This document shows positions 1-8,096 of a stretch of 64,000 nucleotides of DNA, piece by piece. Source of the stretch: a virus (lineage: Duplodnaviria > Caudoviricetes); the IMG/VR virus record IMGVR_UViG_3300020577_012633, positions 32,001-96,000 of that record; one strand, 5' to 3'. The notes under the pieces were generated by a model, which had not been told where the DNA came from, did no database searches, and saw only the letters and a program-made list of their open reading frames with translations. Position numbers and translations under genes: made by a program. Each line of letters starts with the position of its first letter. Position 1 is the first letter of the stretch.

Positions 1-1
1 T

Positions 2-859
2 ACGCAAGGTTGCGCCAAGAGGCATGTTAGGAAGAAGCGCAGCCCAAACCTTCGGGTCGTTGGCGACTTCCTTTGGAACCAACTCGTGAGGAAGCTGATA
101 TTCCTCAACAATCTTAGCAACAATATTCGCGTTCGTCTGGCCCTTGATCTTGTTTGCTCCTTCGAGGATAGACAAACTCTCAGGAACCTTCTTAGGAAGT
201 TCACCGTCCTTGGTTACATAGTTATAGATCATATTGTGAAGTTCATCACCATGAGCGTGACACTTACGCAAGAGATCTGAGTGAGACCAGGCTGACTTTG
301 CGTTACCTTCCTCGGCTGTACGCTGAGGATACTTGACAACCTGAAGCGCAAGGCGATCAGGAGTCATACCGTTGTACCAGTTAGAGAATGCGTTACGAAG
401 TCCTGAACCCCAGCCACGAAGACCGTCAACATAGTGAGCGAATTGGAAAAGATGAGTACCAATACGCGCAACCTTTGGAAGAGAATCAAGAGCAAGGCGG
501 CGAGTAGGAAGATCTCCCTGAGAAGCACAGATTGCAAGCGCAAAGAGAGCAGGATCGTTCTTTGGAGCGCGACCTGAATCGCTAATCTCAACGATCTTCT
601 GAACGGTACGAGTACCGTTTTCTGCAACGCAATCAACGACATTCTTAGCGTTGTCAAGAGCCATCTTGTGCTGAGTGCAATACATAGTTGCACCATCAGT
701 ACCTAGGATGAGGAAGCGATCTAGGCGATCCCACTTGTCAATTTCATAAACATAACCACCTGCGTTATTCTTCACAGTGCCAGGAGTAGGGGTGGTTTGA
801 GAAGTGACCTTTGGGGTCTTGGTAGTAATCGCTGCTGACGCCTTGCTGAACTTTGCCAT
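2..859 (-). CDS. rsr: Ro60/Rsr TROVE-domain RNA-binding protein (C-terminal part runs off the window start)
   Basis: Not in the ORF track because it is truncated. Manual translation from ATG 859 (RBS AAGGAG): MAKFSK...VKNNAGGYVYEIDKWDRLDRFLILGTDG...EISDSGRAPKNDPALFALAIC...VARIGTHLFQFAHYVDGLRGWGSGLRNAFSNWY...LALQVVKYPQR...WSHSDLLRKCH...VWAALLPNMPLGATLR. These are typical Ro60 motifs. Confidence 0.95.
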   Translation of the reverse strand, partial: MAKFSKASAAITTKTPKVTSQTTPTPGTVKNNAGGYVYEIDKWDRLDRFLILGTDGATMYCTQHKMALDNAKNVVDCVAENGTRTVQKIVEISDSGRAPKNDPALFALAICASQGDLPTRRLALDSLPKVARIGTHLFQFAHYVDGLRGWGSGLRNAFSNWYNGMTPDRLALQVVKYPQRTAEEGNAKSAWSHSDLLRKCHAHGDELHNMIYNYVTKDGELPKKVPESLSILEGANKIKGQTNANIVAKIVEEYQLPHELVPKEVANDPKVWAALLPNMPLGATLR

Positions 860-872
860 ATCAAAACTCCTT

Positions 873-1436
873 CTAATCGACTTCAACAGGTGTTGTTGAA
901 GTATTCAAAACTGCCACCTCTGCTATTGAATTTGCAGATCGAGGTTCAGTATACGACTGAGCCTCATAGTGGTCAAGTATAAAATGATTGATTTCTTCTT
1001 TTGTCGGCCTCGGTGGTCTATTTATGAAATCTTCCACCGTATCCTTGAAAACAAAAATATCTTTTACTCTTACTTCTTTTCTCGGGTCAAATGGAGTAAA
1101 CCATTTTTCCTCAACATTTATTTCCATGTACCAGCTATATTGCCAATTTTCTATCGTAAATTCTCTAGGGTCTAAGAACTTTCTACCAGCTATATGAATA
1201 GCTGTAGCTCTATGAAGACCATCATGAACAAACAAAGCTCCATCTTCAAACCTGACAATCTTGATGAGATCGTCAATCTTGAGCAGTTTTGAAGTCTTTT
1301 CAATTTTCTTTTTAGGGAATATTGAAAGATTATCTTTTGTAAAGATTCCACCACTTTTAACAAAATTAACCATTTCTGGTATTTGTTCTGCGTTGCGCAG
1401 ATAATTTTGCATCGGAATGAGAGAATCTACTAGCAT
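873..1436 (-). CDS. ParB/Srx-like fold protein
   Basis: LFVHDGLHRATA resembles the ParB-N DGxHR motif; ends in TAG just upstream of the rsr RBS. Confidence 0.5.
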   Translation of the reverse strand: MLVDSLIPMQNYLRNAEQIPEMVNFVKSGGIFTKDNLSIFPKKKIEKTSKLLKIDDLIKIVRFEDGALFVHDGLHRATAIHIAGRKFLDPREFTIENWQYSWYMEINVEEKWFTPFDPRKEVRVKDIFVFKDTVEDFINRPPRPTKEEINHFILDHYEAQSYTEPRSANSIAEVAVLNTSTTPVEVD

Positions 1437-1440
1437 TTAA

Positions 1441-1564
1441 TGCGTCCGCCGGGATTCGAACCCGGACTATATCTTGGATAGAGATAACCTTTTCCTATCG
1501 ACCTGTTTTACCAGATGTGTTGTTGGTCAAGGGTTTTATGTGCTAGCCATTACACTACAGACGC
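1441..1564 (-). ncRNA. tRNA-like Y RNA (tRNA scaffold with a Y-type stem in place of the anticodon arm)
   Basis: Acceptor GCGTCTG/CGGACGC-A, D arm GTGT-AATGGCTA-GCAC, T arm CCGGG-TTCGAAT-CCCGG. The central ~70 nt has no anticodon arm but has TTGACC (1525-1530) pairing with GGTCGA (1498-1503), then GGTTATCT. Confidence 0.75.
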
Positions 1565-1575
1565 CTTATTCAATT

Positions 1576-1646
1576 GTCAAAAAGAAAACTCAGGTATGGT
1601 AATAGAAGACGGTTTAACTATGATCAGATAACCGTCTTCAATCGAC
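1576..1646 (-). ncRNA. Y-RNA-like module
   Basis: Terminal GTCGA/TTGAC stem, perfect GAAGACGGTT/AACCGTCTTC helix, GGTTATCT motif, pyrimidine-rich 3' linker. Confidence 0.65.
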
Positions 1647-1660
1647 TGGAATCTTCTTCT

Positions 1661-1695
1661 AAAACGGTTCTTGAAGTTGCCTTCAAAAACCGCTT
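1661..1695 (-). other. long GNRA-capped hairpin (processing site or terminator)
   Basis: AAGCGGTTTTTGAAG-GCAA-CTTCAAGAACCGTTTT. Confidence 0.6.
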
Positions 1696-1955
1696 GAATA
1701 TTTGGTTTACTGCTGTGCTTACTTAGGCCACCAAACAGTACGATGTAAGGGGTTCTCACCCTTTTTTGTCAAATCCTAAGACCTGACTTTGATCGTAAAC
1801 CGCCAAAATGCCACTTTTGACAATACCGTTCAAACCCTGGCTAGAGTCACCCTAGTCACCCGTCTACGACCTGTATAGGTTCAACACTATGCGTGTTTAC
1901 CATCGTTGCCCACTGTCCTTGAGCAATCAAGGACTTTCGAAAACCATCTATTCAA
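1694..1955 (-). ncRNA. unidentified multi-branched structured RNA (~260 nt)
   Basis: Closing stem TTGAATA..TGGTTT / AAACCA..TATTCAA; nested ACGATG/CATCGT and GGTCGTAGAC/GTTTACGATC helices; several local hairpins; no credible ORF. Confidence 0.55.
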
Positions 1956-1957
1956 AT

Positions 1958-2019
1958 GTCAAAGTACCGAATATGTTGTTGAAAAAAGACGTTTTTCAGG
2001 TTAATCTTTTCTCTTCGAC
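1958..2019 (-). ncRNA. Y-RNA-like module
   Basis: GTCGAAG/CTTTGAC terminal stem, GAGAAAAGAT/GTCTTTTTTC helix, GATTAACCT variant motif. Confidence 0.65.
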
Positions 2020-2051
2020 TCGATACAAATGCCTGCAAAGGCCGTCTAAGC

Positions 2052-2150
2052 CTAGGTCAGGAAAAAAGAATCGGAAAAGGTATTAATTGGCGAACGGGTG
2101 CCTTTCGGCGTACTTGCAAATTGTAAGTTAACCGTCCATCCTTCGACCAG
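2052..2150 (-). ncRNA. Y-RNA-like module
   Basis: CTGGTCGAAGG 5' end pairing with CCTGACCTAG, GGACGG/CCGTTC helix, GGTTAACT motif, GCC-GAAA-GGC hairpin, pyrimidine tract. Confidence 0.65.
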
Positions 2151-2206
2151 TTCCGTCTTATTCTATTTTACTGAAAGTTCTTTGGTAGGCGTTTCAGTAT
2201 TTCTTC

Positions 2207-2213
2207 TATCGGC
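2207..2213 (-). promoter_or_regulatory. GCCGATA putative promoter element upstream of the Y-RNA array
   Basis: TCAAG-N15-GCCGATA, similar to sigma28-type promoters; the motif recurs in other intergenic gaps. Confidence 0.5.
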
Positions 2214-2250
2214 AAGAATCAAAAAGAACTTGAATTCTTCCACGAATTTA

Positions 2251-3183
2251 TTATACGGCAGACAAAGAAGGGGAGTCAACAGTCCTCTCTATTTCTTGTG
2301 CTTTTTTGAGCGCAAAATCCTTGGCCTTAAACTCATAATCCAGATCTACATTATAGCCGTAAGTATTTGGAGTATATGTAGGATATTCTGCATGTTTTCT
2401 TGGATTATTTTGACCAGGAAGAGATTCGCAAAAATGAAACAAAGGTTTATAAGAACCCCAAGTCTGAGCGCAAAGCTCAAAAGCTTCTTTTTCTGTGAGT
2501 CCTCCACTATTGCAACGATGGTGCAAATAATCGAATGTTATTGGAATACCAGTAAGACTATGGATATATTCAACTAGATTGCGAGCGTTCCATATTCCTT
2601 TGTCCTCAGTCTCTACCACAAGACGGCTTTTAGCAGCCTCGTCAAGCCTCTCTAAACCATCTTTGAAGCGTTTGGCGATGTCTTTGGGGTCTCCGTTAGA
2701 ACCATTGATATGGATGTTTACAGGCGATTCTGGCGACAATGGAGAGCCAAGCTTAGACATGAACCAGCCATGATGATTCAATTCACGTATCGTGCTATCA
2801 ACTGATTTTTCATTTTTACTCGCAAGAACATTGAATTGGTCTGGATGACAAGAAAGTCTAACATGATTCAGTAAAGCTGCTTCTGCGCAACTAAGAAAAA
2901 GATTATCCAGTTCTTTTACGTTTGGAAGATTTTCCCATTTGATATTTGACTCAGGATGAGTCATAAGCGGGAAGATATCACTACTAACCCGATAGCACCA
3001 TCCATTTGCGATGCAATGAGTTAAAATTTTTCGTATAACTTTCAGATTGTTTTCGTATTTTTCTGAAAGAATAGAAAGAGCTTTATCTTCTAATTGAACG
3101 AATCGAGTCCATGTCATAGTTTGAAAACTATAACCAGACTCTTTTAGACCATTGTGAATGCAACAAAGACCTTTATTACCCAT
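2251..3183 (-). CDS. uvsE: UV-damage endonuclease UvsE/UVDE
   Basis: GLCCI start, YRVSSDIFP, RLSCHPDQFNVLAS, NIHING, LVVETEDKG, ITFDYLHH, PLFHFCES, RKHAEY, EFKAKD; start moved to ATG 3183. Confidence 0.93.
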   Translation of the reverse strand: MGNKGLCCIHNGLKESGYSFQTMTWTRFVQLEDKALSILSEKYENNLKVIRKILTHCIANGWCYRVSSDIFPLMTHPESNIKWENLPNVKELDNLFLSCAEAALLNHVRLSCHPDQFNVLASKNEKSVDSTIRELNHHGWFMSKLGSPLSPESPVNIHINGSNGDPKDIAKRFKDGLERLDEAAKSRLVVETEDKGIWNARNLVEYIHSLTGIPITFDYLHHRCNSGGLTEKEAFELCAQTWGSYKPLFHFCESLPGQNNPRKHAEYPTYTPNTYGYNVDLDYEFKAKDFALKKAQEIERTVDSPSLSAV

Positions 3184-3643
3184 TAGGTTCTTTCTTCTTT
3201 TTAATGCTTTCCATAAGAGAATCATAGGCTTGCAAATCGCTTGCAACCATAGATACAAGTGAATTATACTGTTCTGGAGCCAAATGTTCGAACAGCATTC
3301 GCCAATCTTCACAGGCTCTACTTGTGCCTTCGTATGAAGTTCCACAAGCCCAAACCGCTGTAGAAGCTTGACATGATTTATCAGGTTTTTCAGGCCAAGG
3401 ATAATCAGGGACATGTTTTTTAGCACAAAGATATGCGTTAGCAACATCGTTTTCAAGCGTTGCAAGTCTTGCCTGATCTACGTTAGCGAAATATCCACTA
3501 TTATAAACTGAATTCAAAAGAGAACATTCTTCTAGAGCTTCTCTTTCTGTATCCCATTTATTATCGCTTTGATATGGCCCTTCGCAAAACCATTTATGCC
3601 AAGAAGTTTTAACAACTTTAAATGGACTTGGACCAATAATCAT
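3176..3643 (-). CDS. hypothetical protein
   Basis: 155 aa ORF overlapping both neighbours in an operon-like way. Confidence 0.7.
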   Translation of the reverse strand: MIIGPSPFKVVKTSWHKWFCEGPYQSDNKWDTEREALEECSLLNSVYNSGYFANVDQARLATLENDVANAYLCAKKHVPDYPWPEKPDKSCQASTAVWACGTSYEGTSRACEDWRMLFEHLAPEQYNSLVSMVASDLQAYDSLMESIKKKKEPNG

Positions 3644-4347
3644 TTCGTGCCATTCCTTATTGCTGTTGAACTAAGCCTCAAAAGAGAATCATCAATTGGA
3701 AGACTAGAATCAAACATATTTTTTGGAGTTGCATAATACATATTTTGAATAGTTTCCAAAGAACAGACCTGACCACCAGTGTATCTTTTAGAAACAATGA
3801 AGTCAGCTTGAATACCTTGAACCCCAGCAATGCCGTGATGGTCCACAAGTCGTTGTGCTGTATCAAAACCGATGAAAAATGTAGGACGAATCCAATATGA
3901 AACTAGTCCTGCCTTTTCAAAGAAAAAAGATGCATTAGTAACCCAAACAGGAGCATAAGACTTAAATTGTTCAAGTCTTGCCCTAAGTTCTTCCAGCGAT
4001 AAATATGGCTTTTCTAATCTGTTTATAGATATTTCAAAAACCTTAGTTATTGGTTTTACCAAATGGCTAATACCTTTTAATGAAGTATTAGGATGAATGG
4101 TATCATAAATTTTGTCATAAATAAATTTATGAGCATCATGTAGAGGATTAAAACTTCCAGGAACAACAGCAAAGATTCCATTGTTCATTCCTCTATGACC
4201 CATATTAGGCAAGTCAAAATAAGAAAGAGGATTCTTGACAGAACCATCAGGAAGAACAACAAACGAATCGAGGCGACTGCGACTGCTCGCAATCACCTCA
4301 TAAAAAGATTCTAGCGTATCGTATGACATGGTTTTAGCAGGATGCAA
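3640..4347 (-). CDS. HIGH-superfamily nucleotidyltransferase, NMN/NaMN adenylyltransferase-like
   Basis: PGSFNPLHDAH, FEISIN, FFEKA, IGFDTAQRL, C-terminal LSSTAIR. Confidence 0.8.
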   Translation of the reverse strand: MHPAKTMSYDTLESFYEVIASSRSRLDSFVVLPDGSVKNPLSYFDLPNMGHRGMNNGIFAVVPGSFNPLHDAHKFIYDKIYDTIHPNTSLKGISHLVKPITKVFEISINRLEKPYLSLEELRARLEQFKSYAPVWVTNASFFFEKAGLVSYWIRPTFFIGFDTAQRLVDHHGIAGVQGIQADFIVSKRYTGGQVCSLETIQNMYYATPKNMFDSSLPIDDSLLRLSSTAIRNGTK

Positions 4348-4963
4348 GAATATCGTTATTGTTTACAACATATCCTGAACCTGAATTGTGCATACGCTGC
4401 ACAAACTCTCCATGTTCAAGTTTAGGGAAAAGAGAAACATCATTCATGATAATCGCAAGAGCAACTTGAGCAATACGACGATCTTCCTGAAAGCGAATAT
4501 CATCAATGTATCGCTGACCCTTAGCGGAAAGAATGTCGTATTCTTGCTGTTCTAGCTTGTTCATTTGGAAGATAAACATATCTCCCCTGCTTGTGGTAAT
4601 ATAAGCTCGATTATCTCCACGACGCCAGCGATCAGTAGTACAAGCACTGTTGATTACAACGTAAAGAAGATCCGGCTCACCACAGTAATTTGAAAGAGCG
4701 CGAAGAGCATCGTGCGTTCCTTCAGGATTTACAAAAGAGAATTTTTCAGGATCAGGGATATCCGATCCAGCATACTTGGTAAGGAAATTGGCTGTATCTC
4801 GGTTATACGGCTCAATAGCTGTATGATAAAGTCTGTTAGTGCCGGGGAAACGGCGGAAATCCAAGGCAGAGAAACCTCCGCCTGCGATGAAGAACGCAAT
4901 TTTTGGTCCCTGGTATTCAGTACGGAAAGTCGAAATTACTTGTTCAAGACTCGGCGAAATCAT
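4334..4963 (-). CDS. CinA C-terminal (PncC)-like domain protein
   Basis: FFIAGGGFSAL..FPGT..EPY..FVNPE..ACTTDRWRRGDNRAYI resembles the N-terminal half of proteins in which this domain is fused to the adjacent nucleotidyltransferase type. Confidence 0.55.
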   Translation of the reverse strand: MISPSLEQVISTFRTEYQGPKIAFFIAGGGFSALDFRRFPGTNRLYHTAIEPYNRDTANFLTKYAGSDIPDPEKFSFVNPEGTHDALRALSNYCGEPDLLYVVINSACTTDRWRRGDNRAYITTSRGDMFIFQMNKLEQQEYDILSAKGQRYIDDIRFQEDRRIAQVALAIIMNDVSLFPKLEHGEFVQRMHNSGSGYVVNNNDILASC

Positions 4964-5010
4964 AAATGTTTCCTTTGTTTTGGGGGTTCAACGTCTTATT
5001 TTTTGCGAAG

Positions 5011-5020
5011 AAGTCTAGAG
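5011..5020 (-). promoter_or_regulatory. conserved intergenic motif CTCTAGACTT (copy 1 of 7)
   Basis: Same 10-mer, same orientation, just upstream of seven minus-strand gene starts. Confidence 0.6.
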
Positions 5021-5033
5021 CCGTTTCCTAGAT

Positions 5034-6095
5034 TTACTCTACTCCAAAGTATCTCTGGTACAAAGCATCATAGACTCCATTCTCTTTCATCTTCAAAATG
5101 GAGTTGTCAATATCTCTGCGCAAATCACTTCCTTGAGGAAGCGCAATGCCATAAGGCTGTTGGGCGAAAACAGAACCAACAGCAGCAACTTTTCCAGCAC
5201 CAGCATTCTTTGCATAATACTGTAAAGTGGGAGCATCATAAACAATAGCGTCAACTTGACCAGCCATCAACATTTCATAAGCATCATTGATATCAGTAAC
5301 AGCTTTGATATTTGCGCCATATGAATTCAGAACAGGAACACTTGTTGTTCCAGAAACGGTAGCAACATTTTTACCGCGAAGATCCTTCGGTACAGAAAGC
5401 TGATATGTAAAATGGTCAGCAGTCATAGAGGAAGTCATAGACGCTATTGATAGAATGAGTATGAACGTAGTAGAAACAAATCCCACAAGCGTTAATAGTA
5501 TTTGTATAAAACGCATTGCTTTGGATTTTCTTTCTGCAACATCTTTTCCTTTGTAAAAAGCGCATTCTTTTTTAGAAAAAAATTGCTTATGCATCATACT
5601 GTCAATAAATAGCCAAATGAAAATAATAAATGCCAAAGAAAACAAATGAATCCAGGAATTTTCGATGCCTTTTGGAATGTCATTAGTAAAGAATGACTTT
5701 ACAGAATTAAGAACTGTATTAGAATCATTTTCTCGAACCATAATCATTAGACCGGAATTGAAGTATGGAGTCGAAAAATCCATAACTTTATGACGATCGC
5801 TGTTTATGGTAATACTGGACAAAGCAGCATCAGCTTTTTTATCCTTGATTCTATCGAGAAGATCAGGAAAGCTGTCAGTAGAAACAAAATTTGTTTGAAC
5901 TTTGAGATCTTGGGCAATTAGTCTCCAAAGCTCAATATCAAAACCAGAGTATTCTCCATTTGAGTTTTTCACTACAAAAGGATCTGTTTCGTATACTCCA
6001 ACATTTACTGTTCTTACAGGAACCTCTTGAGCTTTTACATTCTCAATAGAAAAAAGCGAAGAGATTGCTAGAACCGCAATACCGAAAATCTTCAT
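5034..6095 (-). CDS. GluR0/iGluR-like protein: split amino-acid-binding domain flanking two TM helices
   Basis: Signal peptide; S1 (GFDIELW, ITINSDRHKVMDFSTPYF); two TM segments; S2 (DLRGKNVATVSGTTS, VDAIVYDAP, YGIALPQGS). Confidence 0.85.
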   Translation of the reverse strand: MKIFGIAVLAISSLFSIENVKAQEVPVRTVNVGVYETDPFVVKNSNGEYSGFDIELWRLIAQDLKVQTNFVSTDSFPDLLDRIKDKKADAALSSITINSDRHKVMDFSTPYFNSGLMIMVRENDSNTVLNSVKSFFTNDIPKGIENSWIHLFSLAFIIFIWLFIDSMMHKQFFSKKECAFYKGKDVAERKSKAMRFIQILLTLVGFVSTTFILILSIASMTSSMTADHFTYQLSVPKDLRGKNVATVSGTTSVPVLNSYGANIKAVTDINDAYEMLMAGQVDAIVYDAPTLQYYAKNAGAGKVAAVGSVFAQQPYGIALPQGSDLRRDIDNSILKMKENGVYDALYQRYFGVE

Positions 6096-6130
6096 TGTTA
6101 CTTCCTTTTTGGTTTACTAACTATAGAGAA

Positions 6131-6161
6131 GACCCATCTCCAGTTTTACCCAGAGGTGGGC
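6131..6161 (-). terminator. possible intrinsic terminator after pspA
   Basis: GCCCACCTC...GAGATGGGTC imperfect hairpin followed by TTCTCT. Confidence 0.35.
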
Positions 6162-6170
6162 GTGGTGTTT

Positions 6171-6842
6171 TTAGTTACCAGTCGTTGATGGCTTCAGGTA
6201 CTTAGCCATTTCAGCATCAACATCTGCTGTGTCCTGGTATTTTTCAGTTAGGACCGCAGTTGAGTTTCCAGCACCTGCGAGTTCTTCCTTAGCCTCTGCA
6301 AGAGCCTCGTCCTTGTTGACTTTCTGCTCCCATTCATTGAGTTGAGCAAGAGCGCCGCCGGAAGCGTCGAGAGTGTTGCTTGCCATCGACTGACGAATCT
6401 TGGCGCTTTCCTGACGAACCTTGAGAGAATCGGCCTTAGCAGCGGAACGCGCGATAGAATCGCGAGTATCGCTCAACTGTTTACGCAGACGAGCCTCCAG
6501 CTCTCTGTCCTTCTCGATTTCTGCTTTAAGAGCAGTAACCTGAGTCTGGAAATTCAGCTTCTGTTTGACAGCCTCTCGAACATCATCAGCGTTACCAGCA
6601 GCGCCAGCCTTCTGAGCGATGTTATCGAACTTTTTGACGTTTGCTTCGAGAGCAGGAATCTGAGCTTCCTTCTGCTTCTTGCTAGCCATCAGACCAGCGA
6701 CGTTTCGCTCAAACTCATTGATCTGTTTGGTCGCATCTTCGATGACCTGACGACCTTTTTCAGGATCTGAAACATCTACAGACTTAGCTGCTTCGTTGTC
6801 AGCTTGGCGAAAACGACGAGCAATTGATTCCCAAAATTTCAT
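6171..6842 (-). CDS. pspA: PspA/IM30 family protein
   Basis: DPEK..QVIED, long coiled coil, EQKVNKDEALAEA, C-terminal DVDAEMAK. Confidence 0.85.
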   Translation of the reverse strand: MKFWESIARRFRQADNEAAKSVDVSDPEKGRQVIEDATKQINEFERNVAGLMASKKQKEAQIPALEANVKKFDNIAQKAGAAGNADDVREAVKQKLNFQTQVTALKAEIEKDRELEARLRKQLSDTRDSIARSAAKADSLKVRQESAKIRQSMASNTLDASGGALAQLNEWEQKVNKDEALAEAKEELAGAGNSTAVLTEKYQDTADVDAEMAKYLKPSTTGN

Positions 6843-6893
6843 GTCTTTTCCCTTTTGTTTAGTTCAAACTGTTATTGCGATTATTCTTGCACT

Positions 6894-7400
6894 TTAGGCG
6901 TTTGGCAGAATGATTGCAACTTGCTGGTTGTATGTCATGATCGCTTTACGAAGCGAGTTCATTTGATATGCAAGGTCATCCTGAACATGGCTGTGAATGC
7001 CAATATTGAATCGGTTTACCAAAACGATATTGACGTTATCTCCGACAGTCTTATCATCCTGAGGAGTGATAAGAGATGTAGCAAAGGGAGAAATAACGTC
7101 ATTCATGTTCACAAGAGTGAACAAAAAATCTCTTTGAACAAGAACCTGGTCATCAGGAATGTCGTTCAAGTTTCCAACATGGCAGCTAATGAAAACGTCT
7201 GTTCCATCTTCTGAAACCAAAAGGACTGTGTTCACCACCTTGTTGTCAACCTTATCCGCAACATTGATTGTATTGCGACCAGTTGAGGATACAGCATATC
7301 CAAGAGTGCTGAGCATCTGCGCAATAGCCTCTGCTTGCGGAGAAGGCTTAACTGGCTCTTTTGCTGTAACGATAACTTCATCAGATCCTGCACCGCCCAT
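6894..7400 (-). CDS. YjfI/DUF2170-like (T3SS-chaperone-fold) PspA-associated protein
   Basis: Adjacent to pspA; pattern VFISCHVG..DFLFTLVNMN..PFA; start at ATG 7400 with AGGAG RBS. Confidence 0.45.
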   Translation of the reverse strand: MGGAGSDEVIVTAKEPVKPSPQAEAIAQMLSTLGYAVSSTGRNTINVADKVDNKVVNTVLLVSEDGTDVFISCHVGNLNDIPDDQVLVQRDFLFTLVNMNDVISPFATSLITPQDDKTVGDNVNIVLVNRFNIGIHSHVQDDLAYQMNSLRKAIMTYNQQVAIILPNA

Positions 7401-7425
7401 TTTCATTCTCCTAAAAAGGACTCTC

Positions 7426-8094
7426 TCACTTCCGAACAATCGAAATCTCAAACTGGTTTACTTGATTTCCTACCAGGAAGAGAATTGAACCGCCATTTTT
7501 GTTCTTTACATTACCAACTTCAATGATCATCATTTCTGGTTCTGTTGCTTCAAGATCAGCAAGATATTCTGATACAGTTGCAATTAGCTTTTCATTTGCG
7601 AAATAATTTGGAGTATAAACAGCTTCTCCAGAAAATTCCATATTTCCCTTTTGGGTAAAAGGAATTTCTACTGGTCCTTTACCAAAATCAAAAGTCCAAT
7701 CAATCTTTTTAGCGTATTTTAGGCTAAGTAAATTGTTATGAGAATGCGGCTTGAAATTTTCAAACATGAATACATTTTGCGCATTTATCTGGTCTTTCCT
7801 GTCTCCAATAACAATGGATTCAGGATTGTAATACATTCGAAGATCTACGGCTTCTCCTACGATCTTTACAACCAGAAAAAGAACTTGTTTAGGATTTACA
7901 ATCTTGAAAACAAGCCATTCGCAAAGCTTGTTGCTTTCTTTGATAGAGAGTATTTCTTCGACAACAAAATCCATCCCTTGCATTCCTCTACCTTCTGCTT
8001 GCGAAGCTTCAAGCGCAGCAGTATCGGTAAGGTTTACCATGCTTTTTACAGTTACGGATTTCCAGAATTCTTTAGTTAGCTCAACCTTGTTCAC
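7426..8094 (-). CDS. hypothetical beta-rich protein in the pspA operon (YjfK/DUF4178-like?)
   Basis: Operon position; C-terminal MIIEV...LFLVG..V..EI pattern. Confidence 0.4.
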   Translation of the reverse strand: MNKVELTKEFWKSVTVKSMVNLTDTAALEASQAEGRGMQGMDFVVEEILSIKESNKLCEWLVFKIVNPKQVLFLVVKIVGEAVDLRMYYNPESIVIGDRKDQINAQNVFMFENFKPHSHNNLLSLKYAKKIDWTFDFGKGPVEIPFTQKGNMEFSGEAVYTPNYFANEKLIATVSEYLADLEATEPEMMIIEVGNVKNKNGGSILFLVGNQVNQFEISIVRK

Positions 8095-8096
8095 TT

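Noticed and set aside
1464-1475. AAGATATAGTCC matches the group I intron S element
   Set aside because: No P/Q/R core at a suitable distance, and the sequence is explained as the junction into the T arm of the tRNA-like RNA
1577-2086. Short ORFs 1577-1759 (-) and 1889-2086 (+)
   Set aside because: They fall within the structured RNA region and lack RBS or motifs
3184-3465. N-terminal extension of the UvsE ORF in the track
   Set aside because: Overlaps another gene in a different frame; similarity starts at MGNKGLCC (3183)
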